From Cycas panzhihuaensis (lineage: Eukaryota > Plantae > Cycadophyta), in the NCBI GenBank assembly GCA_023213395.1, contig CM041465.1, forward strand, positions 149,985,741 through 150,049,740: a DNA stretch of 64,000 bases. Direction: 5' to 3'. Positions 25,501-38,400 of this stretch are shown here, piece after piece. Position 1 is the first letter of the stretch. Each line of letters begins with the position of its first letter. The position numbers were made by a program, and so were the translations under genes. The notes under the pieces were generated by a model that saw only the letters and a program-made list of their open reading frames with translations, did no database searches and had not been told where the DNA came from.

Positions 25501-26538
25501 CTAAAATCGATAATTATATTTTGACACATGGATATCGTCAATCCACATTAGATCCTAACTTATATATAAAAGTTAGGGAGGACCACATAGTCTTTATTGT
25601 CTTATATGTAGATGACTTAGTGATCATAAGAAATGGCACTAAGATGATAGAAATTATCTAAGGTAATCTTAAGAGAAGTTTTAAGATGACTAATCTTGGA
25701 CTTCCTCATTATTTCTTAGGTTTAGAGGTATGGCAACAACTAGGTCATATCTTTATCTCCTAAGTAAAATATTCTTGGGATATATTGTAGATTTAGAATA
25801 TAGGACTATAAATCAATACTTACACCTATGGATAATAGCATAAAATTAACCTTTAATGAGGAAGTAGAACTAACAAATCTTACTTTATATTAACAACTAG
25901 TTGGTAGCCTAATCTACCTCTCTAATACTAGATCGAACATTTTATTTATTGTTGGGATTTATTTTAAGCATATGTATCACCCTAATTAGAAATATTAGAA
26001 TGCAACAAAGCATATACTAATATATATAAAAGGCACATTGCAACATGCCCTTCAATATACTCATAATAAAAACTTCATCTTAGAAGGGTTCTCAAATTTT
26101 GATTGGGGAGGTTACTAAGATAACCACAGATCAACCTCGAGATATTATTTCACCTTTGGTTCATGTGTCATTTTTTGGAGTTGTAAGAAGCAACCTAATG
26201 TTACCTTATCATCCACAAAAGTAGAGTATAAATCTATAGTCAATGTAACTTGTGAGGCTATTTGGCTTAGGAGGATTCTTTGAGAGCTTGGACATGAGTA
26301 GGATCACCCCACTGAGTTATATTACAATAATTAAAGTGTGCTTAGGTTAACCAAGAATCTATTTTTTCATGCAAGGGCCAAGCATATAAAGGTTTATCAC
26401 CACTTTATTAGGGATCATGCTAAAAAAGATGAGATCAACCTCTTCTATAGGCCCATAGACAAACAAGTAGTATACATCTTTATTAAGCCACTTAGTAGAG
26501 AAAAGTTTAAAAATTTTAGATATGATATTAGTGTCTAA
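22506..26538 (+). pseudogene. Element D gag-pol (internal deletion near 25246)
   Basis: UBN2-like gag, HYCGKVGH knuckle, WIINLGASQHM, LWYNRLSHL, YVDDLV, FHARAKHIKVYHHFIRD. Confidence 0.92.
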
Positions 26539-26565
26539 CTTAATATTATAAACAATAAGGAAGGG

Positions 26566-27108
26566 TGTTAAACCTTATATTTATATATTAAGAAATGCAC
26601 CTTATAATATTTTATTATTTGTATTTTATGTAAGTATAACTTATCACTTAAGTAATAAAGTGCATACCCACATTATTTTTAATGATATAACATTGTAACT
26701 TAAGGGTTAAAGTGACCCCTATGTACTTTACTCATAAAAAAGCCCAAAGGACACTTATCCTATATGCAAAAGGTGTAGTTTGGATGTTTTGCACTTGTCA
26801 AACATCAAGCCCCTTAGGTATCTCCTCTAATTTTATATATTGAGACCAAGTTTCAGGTATTTTATATGGAAAGTGAGTAGTACTATTAGGTTGCTAGTTA
26901 CTAATCAAACATTCATTCTTATTTGGAGCTTAGACTAATTCCTTCTCCTCCATATTGGTATTCTTATGCTTGTGGTTTTTATGCTTATGCTTGCTTATAG
27001 TAGTTATTTCAATATTTTCTTTCATAGATGCTAATAATCTAATTTACAGGCATATCTTTCATCTCCTTAAGATTCTTAAGTTCATAGGCTTAATACCCAT
27101 TTCTAACA
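26566..27108 (+). repeat. 3' LTR of element D
   Basis: Direct repeat of 19931-20471, preceded by the PPT. Confidence 0.95.
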
Positions 27109-27347
27109 TACTAGATATGCAAGAAAATGGACTCTTCTTTTATAAGTATTTAACTTTGAAATACTTAACCATAGTTTAAGAATTAGATGGTTGTTTCCAA
27201 ATAACTGTTGACCTCCATTTTTCCTAATCAGTTCAATTGGGAAGTAGATAATTCTCTCCTAAATAAACTTGTTCTTCATGTTGATACTACTAATTATGCC
27301 TTAGAGTGGTATACAAATATTATTCACTATCTCTAAGCCTAATCTTA

Positions 27348-29265
27348 TGTTACATGACTAATCCTTTAAGATAGAAAAATATGGGGAGGAATAGAAGAAA
27401 TAAGATAAAGAAGAAATTAACATCATATCATCTCATAATCATATTATCCTTATCATTTATAATAGAGTGGGGTATATATAACACTCACCCTATCATTATT
27501 ATATTCCTACCTTTATATCAACCAATCCTATACTTCTTTAACCTTAATCCTTATATGGTGGAGGGTCACAATATCCCCCCCCCTCCGTGCGCTATGATGC
27601 TTTACCCTTGAAGCATCCTAATACATAGATGAATGTGACCATCTCCTACTAGTAGTGTTTAACAGATAGTTTCATTAAAGGTTATCTAAAAATCTATGGA
27701 TAGAATAGGTATCTATCCATCCCAAGTAGATCTTTATGTGCCTAAAATCTCTGTGATATTAGAACCTCAAGCTTGAATGATGAGCATGCCTAGGGTACTT
27801 AGCTTGTGAGGGTTTTGTATGATGAGTAAATCAATGTTGAGTCTCCTAATAACGTGGGTGTCGATAAGGTCCCACTTTGGTATGTTTTTTGTATTATGGT
27901 GAGTAGCACTCTTCCTTTTCCTTGGTTATAACTAGTGGTATAAGCTGTTAAATTGCTTTTGTTATATTACTCTTATATTTAGTTTCTCCCTCATCGTTCT
28001 TCTTTTTTATTCCCTTTATGGAGTAAGTAGAATTCCTTGTCCCAACTTTTGATTAAACTTCTCAAGAATTTAACAAGCTTCATATTTATCTTGCTTAAGA
28101 CTTTGCATCTTTTCCCATAAAAAAATATTATATTTTAAACAAATACCAAATTTTAGCCATAAAAATGAATTACATGGATTAGTTGTACCATACCACTCTT
28201 TAAACCAAAGGTAAGCCTCTGCTTATAGATATAATGAGGTTAATTTAGTCATATCTTTATTGCTCGTGTAGTCATCAATAAGTGATTTTAAATATATAGA
28301 CATATCATTGACCTAGTCTTTTACAGAAAGAGTTCCATCTACATTAAAACTATGAGGTATGGGTCTTCCTATAGCCATCATAATATAGGTATAAGAGGAA
28401 TTATGGGGTGTCTATAGCTATTTATCCCTAAATTTTAATAGAAAATAGATAGTAGGCCTCAAGATCAATGGTTTTATAACCAAAATATTAATGGCTAAGA
28501 AAGTACAATATAGAAACTTTAACTTTAAAATTTTATTTCTTAAAAAATATAGCTCAAAAATACATGAAATATGAATTAAAATCACAGCCTCTAAAATATG
28601 ATTCTAATGGTTTATATAAAATTAAATTCTGACATCTAGATCAAAAGTTATGATCGTTTAAAAAAAAAAAAAATATTGTTAGGGTTTCTAAGGACTACAA
28701 TAGCACCTACTAGTAAAATGCTAATAACTTTTTTCTTCAATCTCTAATCAACTTCAAAGTACTTCCATTGGAAATTAAATTTAAAAGTTCATAGAATAAA
28801 AAAAACATTGAGGTTATTTGGACACCTGTAGCTAAAGTTATGTCCCTTTGAAGTTAAGGTTGTAGATCTATTCATCTCAAATTATTCATTGATTCTTAAA
28901 AAATCTTTCATTTTTACTCCTAAAGGGTAGAACTTCCATATGTTAAAAACCCTTAGAAGAAAAATTGGTTCTCTTTTAGAACTTATAGCAAAATGGATCC
29001 CTAACTCTTATATGGATAAAAAATGGCTTTGATACCACTTGTTACATAACTAATCCTTTAATATAGAGAAATATAGAGAAGAATAGAAGAAATAAGATAA
29101 AGAAGAAATTAACATCATATCATATCATCATCATATTATCCTTATCATTCACAATGGAGTGGGGTATATATAACACTCACCCCATCATTATTGTATTCCT
29201 ATCTTGATGTGAACTAATCCTATACTTCCTTAACCTTAACTCTTATATGGTGGAGGGTTATAGCA
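27348..29265 (-). mobile_element. Element E: 1.9-kb non-autonomous gypsy-derived LTR element (gag fragment only)
   Basis: ~226-bp LTRs 27348-27573 and 29040-29265, TSD TCTTA, PBS TGGTATCAAAGCC (29037-29025), PPT (C-run 27574-27586 on +). Gag-like remnant at ~27950-28380 (FNVDG...YF...AEAYLWF). Confidence 0.88.
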
Positions 29266-29270
29266 TCTTA

Positions 29271-29724
29271 CCCTATAGGCATAAATTATAAGGATAAAAA
29301 GAAAATTAGGATGGTGTCATGCCATTACACTATACTTGGAGATACTCTTTATAAATGTTCCTTATATGGCATTATGCTTAGAGGTTTCTCCCTATATAAA
29401 ACTCAAACTATCCTAAATAAGTACCATAATAGTATTTGTGGTGCATAATTCAGTGGCCATATCATAGGTCAACATATTCTTTGAATGGTCTACTATTATC
29501 CTACTCTTTATTTAGATACCCATGCATATGTTTGAAAGTTTAATAAATACTAGGCCCATGATGATCTTATTCATAAATCATCCATGTCTATAGGGGTATC
29601 ATTTCATCCTAGACTTTTCCATAGTAGGATTTAGATTTGATTAGTTAAATTTACCCTCCTTTCTCTACTAGCTATAAGTTTATCATTATTTCCATAGAGA
29701 ACTTCACTATGTGGAGTAAAGTGG
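29271..29724 (+). pseudogene. Element B integrase, N-terminal zinc-finger and core start
   Basis: YTILGDTLYKCSLYGIMLR, HNSICGA, YYYPTL, DLI..F.P. Continues from 27114-27347 (RH end/linker) with no aRH in between. Confidence 0.82.
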
Positions 29725-31839
29725 TATTGAAAGATAATGTGCATTCAATGTAACTAGTTAAATAAAAGGTCATATATGATTAGTTAGTATAAAGGCCAAA
29801 TGTAATTGGTTGTAGGTGAGGCACATATGCTCATGATATAACTATAAGTATACCTGCATGGTGAGATGTATAATTTATTGAAGTATGATTGAATATTGAG
29901 ATATGAATATAATTCTAATATGCTAAGCTCAATTATGGTGTTAATTTGACAATTCTATTGATCCTGGTTATGTTATCCCATGTGATTACATTTTTAATAT
30001 TGTATCATATCTTATGGTGAAGATGAGAAGTTGAATGTGAGCACTTGGTAAAGATGAGAACCTAAATGAAGTTATGTTAAAGTGAAGATTGTCAGATACT
30101 GTTTTCACATCAAGCCTCTCTTGTAAGTTATAAAGTTATCATTTTTTATTAATCCTATACTTATTGATTATCCGTTATTTCTTTAAGCCTATTATTGAGA
30201 GGTCCATAGCTTATTTAAAAGAAAATATTATTTTGGTCATTTAACCATGTTTTAGTTTGTTTATCTCTATTTTAGAACTATTTCATTTCATTTATGAATA
30301 AGGTTGACCCTTTTACTGCATTTCATTATTTGCCTCTATTGTTTGTATAAACCCTGCTCCTGCTCCATGTGTTGTGAAACTCTTGACCTTGCATCTAAGT
30401 AGTCAATCATTTGTTGTATGTATATTCTATCATTCCCTACATAAGTGTCATTGCTCTTTATCACGTTAGGTTTCCTATAAGCTTATTGACCATCTATGTA
30501 AAGCCTCCTCTCGATAGCACAAATTTTCCTATAAAAGTTTAGCAAGTAAAGTTTTAACTTTAAGCTCTTGTTGAAGTTTATGCCTCTACATCACCTCCAC
30601 ATGTAAGGGTTCTCATCCTCCTGCAAGACATTCATTTTCCAAGGGAATTTAGAGACCATCAATCTAGTAAGTATAAAGAAAAATTTTTCCTATATAAAAT
30701 CAATTGTCCCATAGACTTGGCATGATGAGGGAAATCTAAGATCGACCTAGATCCTATGACCCAAAATTTAGCCCTAGTAACTCCAATTGTTCTATCTTGT
30801 ACCTATGTGTTTTACGTCATTGAAACCTATTGACAAAGGTAGAGAAAGTACTAGTTGTGTCTCTCATAATCACCTTGTGGCCTATTGAAGAGCCCTCATC
30901 TATATCATGATATGTCAAGAAGATCTTGTGAAGCTGTTATATCTTTATCTACCCTACAAACATACCATTAATTCATTTGCCCTTGATCTTAGCACTGCTA
31001 TACATTTTGTGTGAAGCTAGTTATCATTGATATAAGAAGATCAAGTCACTTGCCATTAATTTAACAATCATTTAATTAATTTTTACATTACTTGATCACT
31101 TATTGACTTTATTTAACTACGTGTGTAGAGGAGAGATGAGAGTCTAACATTGATATATTTCTTTTTATAATTTTTTTTTTTTAATTTAATCATATAGGAA
31201 TTCTATTTGAAGTCTATGGAGCCCCTCATTACTAAGCAGGTAGTCATATTCAACTCACAAGTGACTAAATACTATAGGTTAAAGAGCTAAAGGCCCTTCA
31301 ACTTTTTTTTTTTTCTCATTTTAAGATACTTATATTTTTTTACTCATATCTTTGTAACTAGGAGTTTGATTTATTAGCTACCTAAATTGTTGGAATTGAA
31401 TTTTAGAGATGATAATTTTGATATATAATTTGAAGTATTTTGGAGCTTTTTTTAGTAAGATATTTTCAATTTTCAATCAAAGTTAACAGTTTGTTTAGAG
31501 CCTTGCATAATAATAAACAAAGTAATTTTTCAAAATCATTTGATGTAATATTATGACCAACATTTCATAAACATTAAAGCTTAATATTTGGCCTTAGGTT
31601 AAGTTTGTTTCAAACCCTAATGGTGGCCTTATTAAGCTCATTAATAAAATTTAGAGGAGGTAGAAGGCGGTCCCAATTGAAGGGACATATGATGGTGGCG
31701 CATATCCAATTTGGAAGGGATATTTATGTTCTTATTTATGCTCTCTCTAGTATTCTTTATTGTGATCATGATTGATCATGCTTGATTTGTATTTGTGATT
31801 GATGTTTCAAATCTTAGGTTACTTAAACTTCATTTATAA

Positions 31840-34800
31840 TCTATAATAATTTGTTGCCAATCCCTAAGCTCGATGGATGTAATTATTTTATACAGTCAAG
31901 AAGAATGAAGTCTACTTTGTAATATAAACAATTATAGAAGATTGTTTCTAAGGGTTATACTACTAATTTGACTCCTAATAAAGAGAAGTTAAAAGAAGAT
32001 TTATAAAGGAAAGATGGTGAAGCACTTATCTTCATATTTAATAATGTTCTTAATGAGATATTTCTTGGAATTTGTAATCTCTCTACTTCTTATGTTATTT
32101 GGAATACTTTGGAAACATCATTTCAAAGAAGTACAAATATTAGGATTCAAAACTTGATAAGGAACTTTGAGAATCTTAAGATATATGCTATAAAATCTAT
32201 TAATTTCTTTTTCACTAAAGTTCATAATCTTGAAAACCAATTGAATGTATCAGGTGAATGAGTGCTAGAACTAAGAGTTGTCAAGAAAATTTTGAGATGC
32301 ATAATAGAGATAAGGAAATTTAAAATAATTACTATAATATTAGAAATAATAAGGGACTTGTCAACATTGACAATTAATGAGTTATTATCAATATTATTGA
32401 TAGAAGAGGAAAATAAGAGTTTGATTGATAATTTAGAATAAGCCTTTACTTTTAAGGCTTCCAAAAGAGGAATGTTTAGGAGATCATTAAATTAAGGAAC
32501 AAATCTATCATTGGCATATTCATATGGATAAGGACAAGCAAGAGCATCTTCATCAAATTATGGTCAAGACAACTTTAAATATAGACAAGGGCAAGGACAA
32601 GTAGAAGCATCTTCATCAAATTATAGACAAGGAAACTCTCGATATAGACAAGAATAACTAAGAGAATCTTCATCAAACTATGGTCAAGGCAACTTTGGAT
32701 ATGGACAAGTATAAGTAGGAGCACCTTCATCAAATTATAGTTAAGGAAATTTTGGATATGGATAAGAACAAGAAGAAGCATCTTCATCAAATTATGGACA
32801 AGGAAACTTTGGATATAAAGAAGGACAACAAGGATATGAATATGGACAATAATAATAAGGAAATTTTTAATTATGAAGAGGAAGATTAAGAGGAAGAAAC
32901 TATTCAATAGGAAGGAACACACCATCAAGAGGAAGGAGTTTTTCAAGAGGAAGAGGAAGAATACCATCAAGAGGAATTAGAAGAGGAAGTAGTTTTGTTA
33001 CTTCTTGTTATAAATATGGAATGGAAGGATATTATTCATATGAGTATCATCAAGATAACATGGCTAATACTAAAACTGATAAAGAAAATAATATTTTCTC
33101 TACAATCTTAAATGTTCAAACTTCTAATAATAAAGATGAATGGTATATTAATTCTAGTTGTTCAACTCAAATATCCTATAATACAAATGCATTTTCTAAG
33201 ATTTATGAAGAAAATAATAAATAAAAGTTATTTTTGGAAATGATAATACACAAGAAGTATAAGGACAAGGAGTTATAACAATTCAAACTAAAAGTAGATA
33301 AAATAAGAATATTCAAAATATCTTATTTATACATAAATTGAGAAGGAACTTATTGTATGTTGGTCAAATAATAGAATAAAAGTATAGGATAGTCTTTGAC
33401 AATGAAGAATATGAAATAAGTGATAAGTTAAATAATAGTGTTATAATTGCAAGATACCAAATATGATGATAGATAGATTATTTAAACTTGTACCTACTTT
33501 ACCTTTACAAGTGTTGAATACTTCAATCTCAAATGTTAACATACTTTGGCATCATAGATTTGGTCATTTTAATTATGGTGTACTTAGTACTTTAAAGAGA
33601 AAAAGTATGGTTATAAGATTTCTAGATATTCAAGGTAATAATGAAGTTTATGAAGATTATATTTATGGAAAATAACATAGAGAAAGTTTTCTTAATTCAA
33701 ATTTCTAATATAAATATCCACTCCAGTTAGATCATGTAGATTTATGTGGCCCAGTGAGGACTCCTACATTTGGAAATACTAGATTCTTCCTGATTCATGT
33801 TGATGATTTTCCAAGAAAATTTAAGGTGTATTTCCTTAAAGAAAAGTTTAAAATATTTTTTAGATTTGTTGAATTCAGAGTTATGGCTAAAAAGAAAAGT
33901 GGTTAGAGATTATAAATTTTTCCTTTAAATAATGGTGGTGAGTTTATCTTAAATGATTTTATAGATTTCTGTAACAAAGTGGGCATAAGAAGGTAATTTA
34001 CTACTTTATATACACCTCAACAAAATAGAGTTACTAAAAGGAAAATTAGAATAGTTACAGAAATAGCTAGATGTATTCTTAAACTAAAGAGTTAAGTAAT
34101 AAATATTAAGCTAAAGTAGTAAGTATTATTATATATCTAGTGAATAGAATTCCCACAAAAATAATTGAGGACTTAACTGCTGAAGAATATTAGATAGGAT
34201 ACAAGCCAGATATTTCATATTATTTTTTTTTTTGGTGTGTTTCTTATTCTCACATTCATGATACAAATAGATCCATGTTAGAAAGTAAAAGTATCAAGTG
34301 TATTTTCATAGGCTACTCGAGTGAATGAAAGGCCTATAAATTATTTAAACTAGTTGTAAAGAAAGTCATGGTAAGTAGATATATGATTTTTGTTGAGAAT
34401 GCAATCTACAAATTTGAAGAAGATAAAAGGAAAATAGGTTGTTATTAAAGCAAATATAGAACTATTTCTACTTCAGAATTCATCTTTATCGACATGGACT
34501 CCAACTCAAAGTTTAAGTCCAAATTCAAGTTCTAGTCTAGGTTTATCATCATAAAGTCAAGAACATGATACACTTCCCACTCTAAGTTAATCTCCATCAA
34601 GTAAAGAATAAGATATAAGTACAAAATAGTTGGTTAGAAGTCATAATATAGAAGTTATATTTGACAAAAAATTTAATAAAAGATTAACTAGATCTCAAGC
34701 TAGAGTTAACTATACATTGATGGCCTAAGTTAAAAAAAATGATGGGCCATAAATATATGAAGAAGCTATTGCCAATAATAATTGGTCTAAAGCTATAAAA

Positions 34801-35446
34801 GTAAAATATAATTCATTGATAAAAAATAAAACTTAGAATTTAGTTGAGTTACCTACCAACAAGGAAGTGATAGAAACAAAATAGGTTTATAAAACCAAGA
34901 ACAAATATGATGGAATTATTGATAAATATAAGGCAAGAATTATGGCCAAAGTTTATGATTAATAAAAAGGAATTGATTATATAAAAACCTTTCTTTTAGT
35001 TACCAAGATGGACATAATAAAAAATCTCTTATCCTTAGTTATTCATCAAAGATAGATTGTATATCAAATGGGTATCAAGCTAACATTTCTTAATGGATAC
35101 ATTGATAAAGAAATTTATGTTACACAACCTCAAGTATTTGAGAAACAAGAAGAAAAACACTTAGTGTGTAAGTTGAAGAAAGTATTATATAGATTAAAAT
35201 AAGTATCTAAATTTGTATGTCAAAATTATAGATACTTCAATACTTATTATTACTCTCTATATTGATGATCTTATTTATATAAGCAACATCGATGAAATAT
35301 TCCAAGAATTCAAGGATGACATGAATTCATAATTTAAAATGAGAAATCTAGGATAATTACATTACTTCCTTGGTATAGAGATTCAACAAGGTGAAGATGG
35401 AATCCACATGTCCCAAAGTAAATATGATATGAATATATTGAAGAAA
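31840..35446 (+). pseudogene. Element F gag-pol, 5' segment (resumes at 39659-~40415)
   Basis: LLPIPKLDGCNYF, WYINSSCS, LWHHRFGH, HVDLCGP, YIDDLI. RT reads LKK|FNM across the G insertion. Confidence 0.9.
32523..32850 (+). repeat. 57-bp in-frame tandem repeat (5 copies + partial) in the gag of element F
   Basis: Units start at 32523, 32580 (63 bp), 32643, 32700, 32757 and 32814. Core GCATCTTCATCAAATTATGG; consensus peptide YGQGQARASSSNYGQGNFG. Confidence 0.9.
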
Positions 35447-38400
35447 TATTGGGATAACCCCCAATATGCCTAAGGAGCCCACTAAATCTATAAAAAAATT
35501 CATGACTAAAGTATAAGACATAGTAAATTAAATGAGGTCTCTTGGAGATGCCTTAATAGAATAAAGGGTAGTTGAAAGGATCCTTAGATATGTTGGTATG
35601 GTTAGATGCTTTGAAATAGTTGCCTAAGTGTCTCAAAAGATTTAAGCACATTAAAAGTGGAACATCTCAGTGATATACTTATGTATATAGAGGAACCACA
35701 AAGTGCCAATGAGTCCCTTGAGTATGCCTTTGCCACAAAGGCTCGTATCCAATCCAACTCTCAAGTAGAAACTTTAAGGTCAAAAGAATCACCTTCAAGA
35801 AGAAGGGTTAGGAACCCTAGAAGAGAAGCTAGGTAAGATCCTCCAAAATATCAAGCCCCTTATCAAAGGAAGTAAAGAGGACACCAATAGAATGATAATC
35901 CTCCTAGGTATACAAATCAATGGAGACAGTTTGAAAGTCATACTTGTTATCCCAATTATCAAGGAAATCCTCAATCTTCAAGGTCAAATCAATAATACTA
36001 TGACAATAGACCAAGAGGCAACCCTCCTTAACCTTATGAGGAAAGGGAGAGATCCTCCCATATTGATCAATCTCATCCAAGAAGTAGGAGCCTAACATAT
36101 TGCCATAGAAGTGGCCATAATAAAGACAAATGTTTCTTAAAATATAGACCACCCACTATAGGATATGCCCATAATACCTCTGAGTCAAATGATAATAACA
36201 TATTATTTCTATCTAGTTTTGTTGCTAAGGAGGAAGAAGATAATAGTTGGTACATCAATTCAGGATGTTCAACTCATATGACACATAAAGAATACATGTT
36301 TCATACTTTGGATAAAAATAGAAAATGATTAATTATATTTGGAGATAATACCTCCCATGAATCAATTAGGAGAGGTAATATAGCCTTGATGATAAATATA
36401 GAAAAATATAGGCATCTAGATGATGTCTTATATGTCCCAACGCTAAGGAAAAACTTATTATCAGTAAGGTGGATGATGGAATAGGACTACATAGTCTTTT
36501 TTGACAATGGTAAGTGTATTATAAAAGACAAAAAGAGAAATAAAACTATCATTGCCAAAGGGAAAATGATCAAGGATCACTTATTCAAACTTATACTTAC
36601 TCCTTTAGACACATATATCCTAAGAACATCAGGTAACTTGGATAGTGAGTTATGACATAAAAGGTTTGTCCATCTCAATTACAATAGTTTTGCCCTTATG
36701 AAACAGATGGATATGGTCAATGGTTTACCACATATTGATGTAAATAAAAACTTATGTGAAGGGTGTCTTCTTAATAAACACCATAGAGAAAGCTTTCTAG
36801 ATTATAATCATCGAGCGTTGGGTCCTCTCCAATTAGTATACATAGATATTTGTAGCCCTATGAACACTCATTCACTAGTAGGTACAAAATATCATCATTT
36901 TCATCGATGACTTCACAAGGAAGACATGGGTGTTCTTTCTCAAATATAAATCATATGCCTTCCAATACTTTGTTGACTTCAAAACCTTTGTAGAGTGACA
37001 AAGTGGATTCAAACTTTTATCCCTAACATTAGATAATAGGGGGGGTTTACCTCCAATACATTCAAATATTATTGTGTACACCATGGAATTAGAAGATAGT
37101 TTACTAATCCCTACACCTCATAACAAAATGGTGTAGCAGAAAGGAAAAATTGCACTATCATCGAAATGGTAAGGTGTACACTTAAGTACAAGAATTTGAG
37201 CCATGAGTTTTGGGTTGAAGTAGTTCACACAGTTGTTTATTTACTCAATAGATTCTCTATTAAAGCCCTTAGGTGGAGAACTCTAGAAGAAGCTTGGATT
37301 GGTTATAAACCAAGCATTCATCATCTCAGAGTATTTGGATGTCTTTCCTATGCTCACATTCCTTATCAATGAAGATCAAAATTAGATGACCATAGGGTCA
37401 AATGTATCTTCATTGGATATAGTGAAACTTTTAAGTCATACAAGGTATATGATACCAAATTAAGAAAAGTCATGTTGAGTAGGAATGTTAAGTTTCAGGA
37501 AGATACCTACTATCAAGATAATCAAGAAAAGAAAACGAAGGTTGCAATAAAGTTTGATATATCTTCTAAGACCAAATATATTCCTCCTATGTTTGATTCT
37601 AGGAGAAGCATCCATGAACCTAGTGGGGAGGGAACTTCATCTCAACCTCCACTATAAAACCTACCAAAATGGGTTCATCAAAATTATGACTTGGGGAACA
37701 TCTTGGATAATAATCGAAGTTCCACACGCTCACATAGGGTTAACTTTTCCCTAGTGAGCAAGGTATTAGAGACTTATAAGCCTCAAACCTTTGCTAAGGC
37801 TAATCGACATGAATATTGGAGAAAAACTATAAAAGATGAATACAACTCCATTGTTAAGAATGACACATGGGAGCTAGTTGATTTATCCCTAAAGAAAAAG
37901 GCTATTGGTACAAAATGGGTTTATAAGACCAAGTTTCACTTAGATGGCTCCATTGATAAGTATAAGGCTAGATTAGTTGCAAAGGGATATGCTCAAAAAG
38001 AAGGCATAGAGTATACTAAAGCTTTTGTCCCTATTCCTTGGGTGGAATCTATTTGAATGATGATGAGTCTAATAGCCCAAATGGGTTGGAAAGTTTACTA
38101 AATGGATTTCAAAAGTGTCTTCCTCAATGGCTACATCAAAGAAGACATCCTTGTCACTTAACCTCTCAGTTTTGAAGTGCAGGGGGAAACATAACAAAGT
38201 GTTTAAACTAAAAAAGGCACTCTATAGTCTAAAACAAGCACCTAGGGCTCAGTATTCCCACATAGATAAATATTTCAGAGATCAAGGGTTTGAAAGATCT
38301 CAGGTAGATCCTAACTTGTATATCCAATTCAAGGGAAGTTCAATCTTAATTGTACGTCTTTATGTGTATGACCTTGTATATACTAGAAATGACTCTCATC

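Larger units (their letters stand above)
19931..27108 (+). mobile_element. Element D: full-length degenerate Ty1/copia
   Basis: LTRs 19931-20471 and 26566-27108 (TGTTA...TAACA), TSD TACTA on both sides, PBS TGGTATTAGAG at 20474, PPT AATAAGGAAGGG. Confidence 0.96.

Noticed and set aside
32523-32850. CRISPR-like array
   Set aside because: The units are contiguous homologous codon repeats without unique spacers, inside a eukaryotic gag, with no cas genes.
32575-32970. 131-aa hydrophobic minus-strand ORF
   Set aside because: Antisense shadow of the purine-rich gag tandem repeat.
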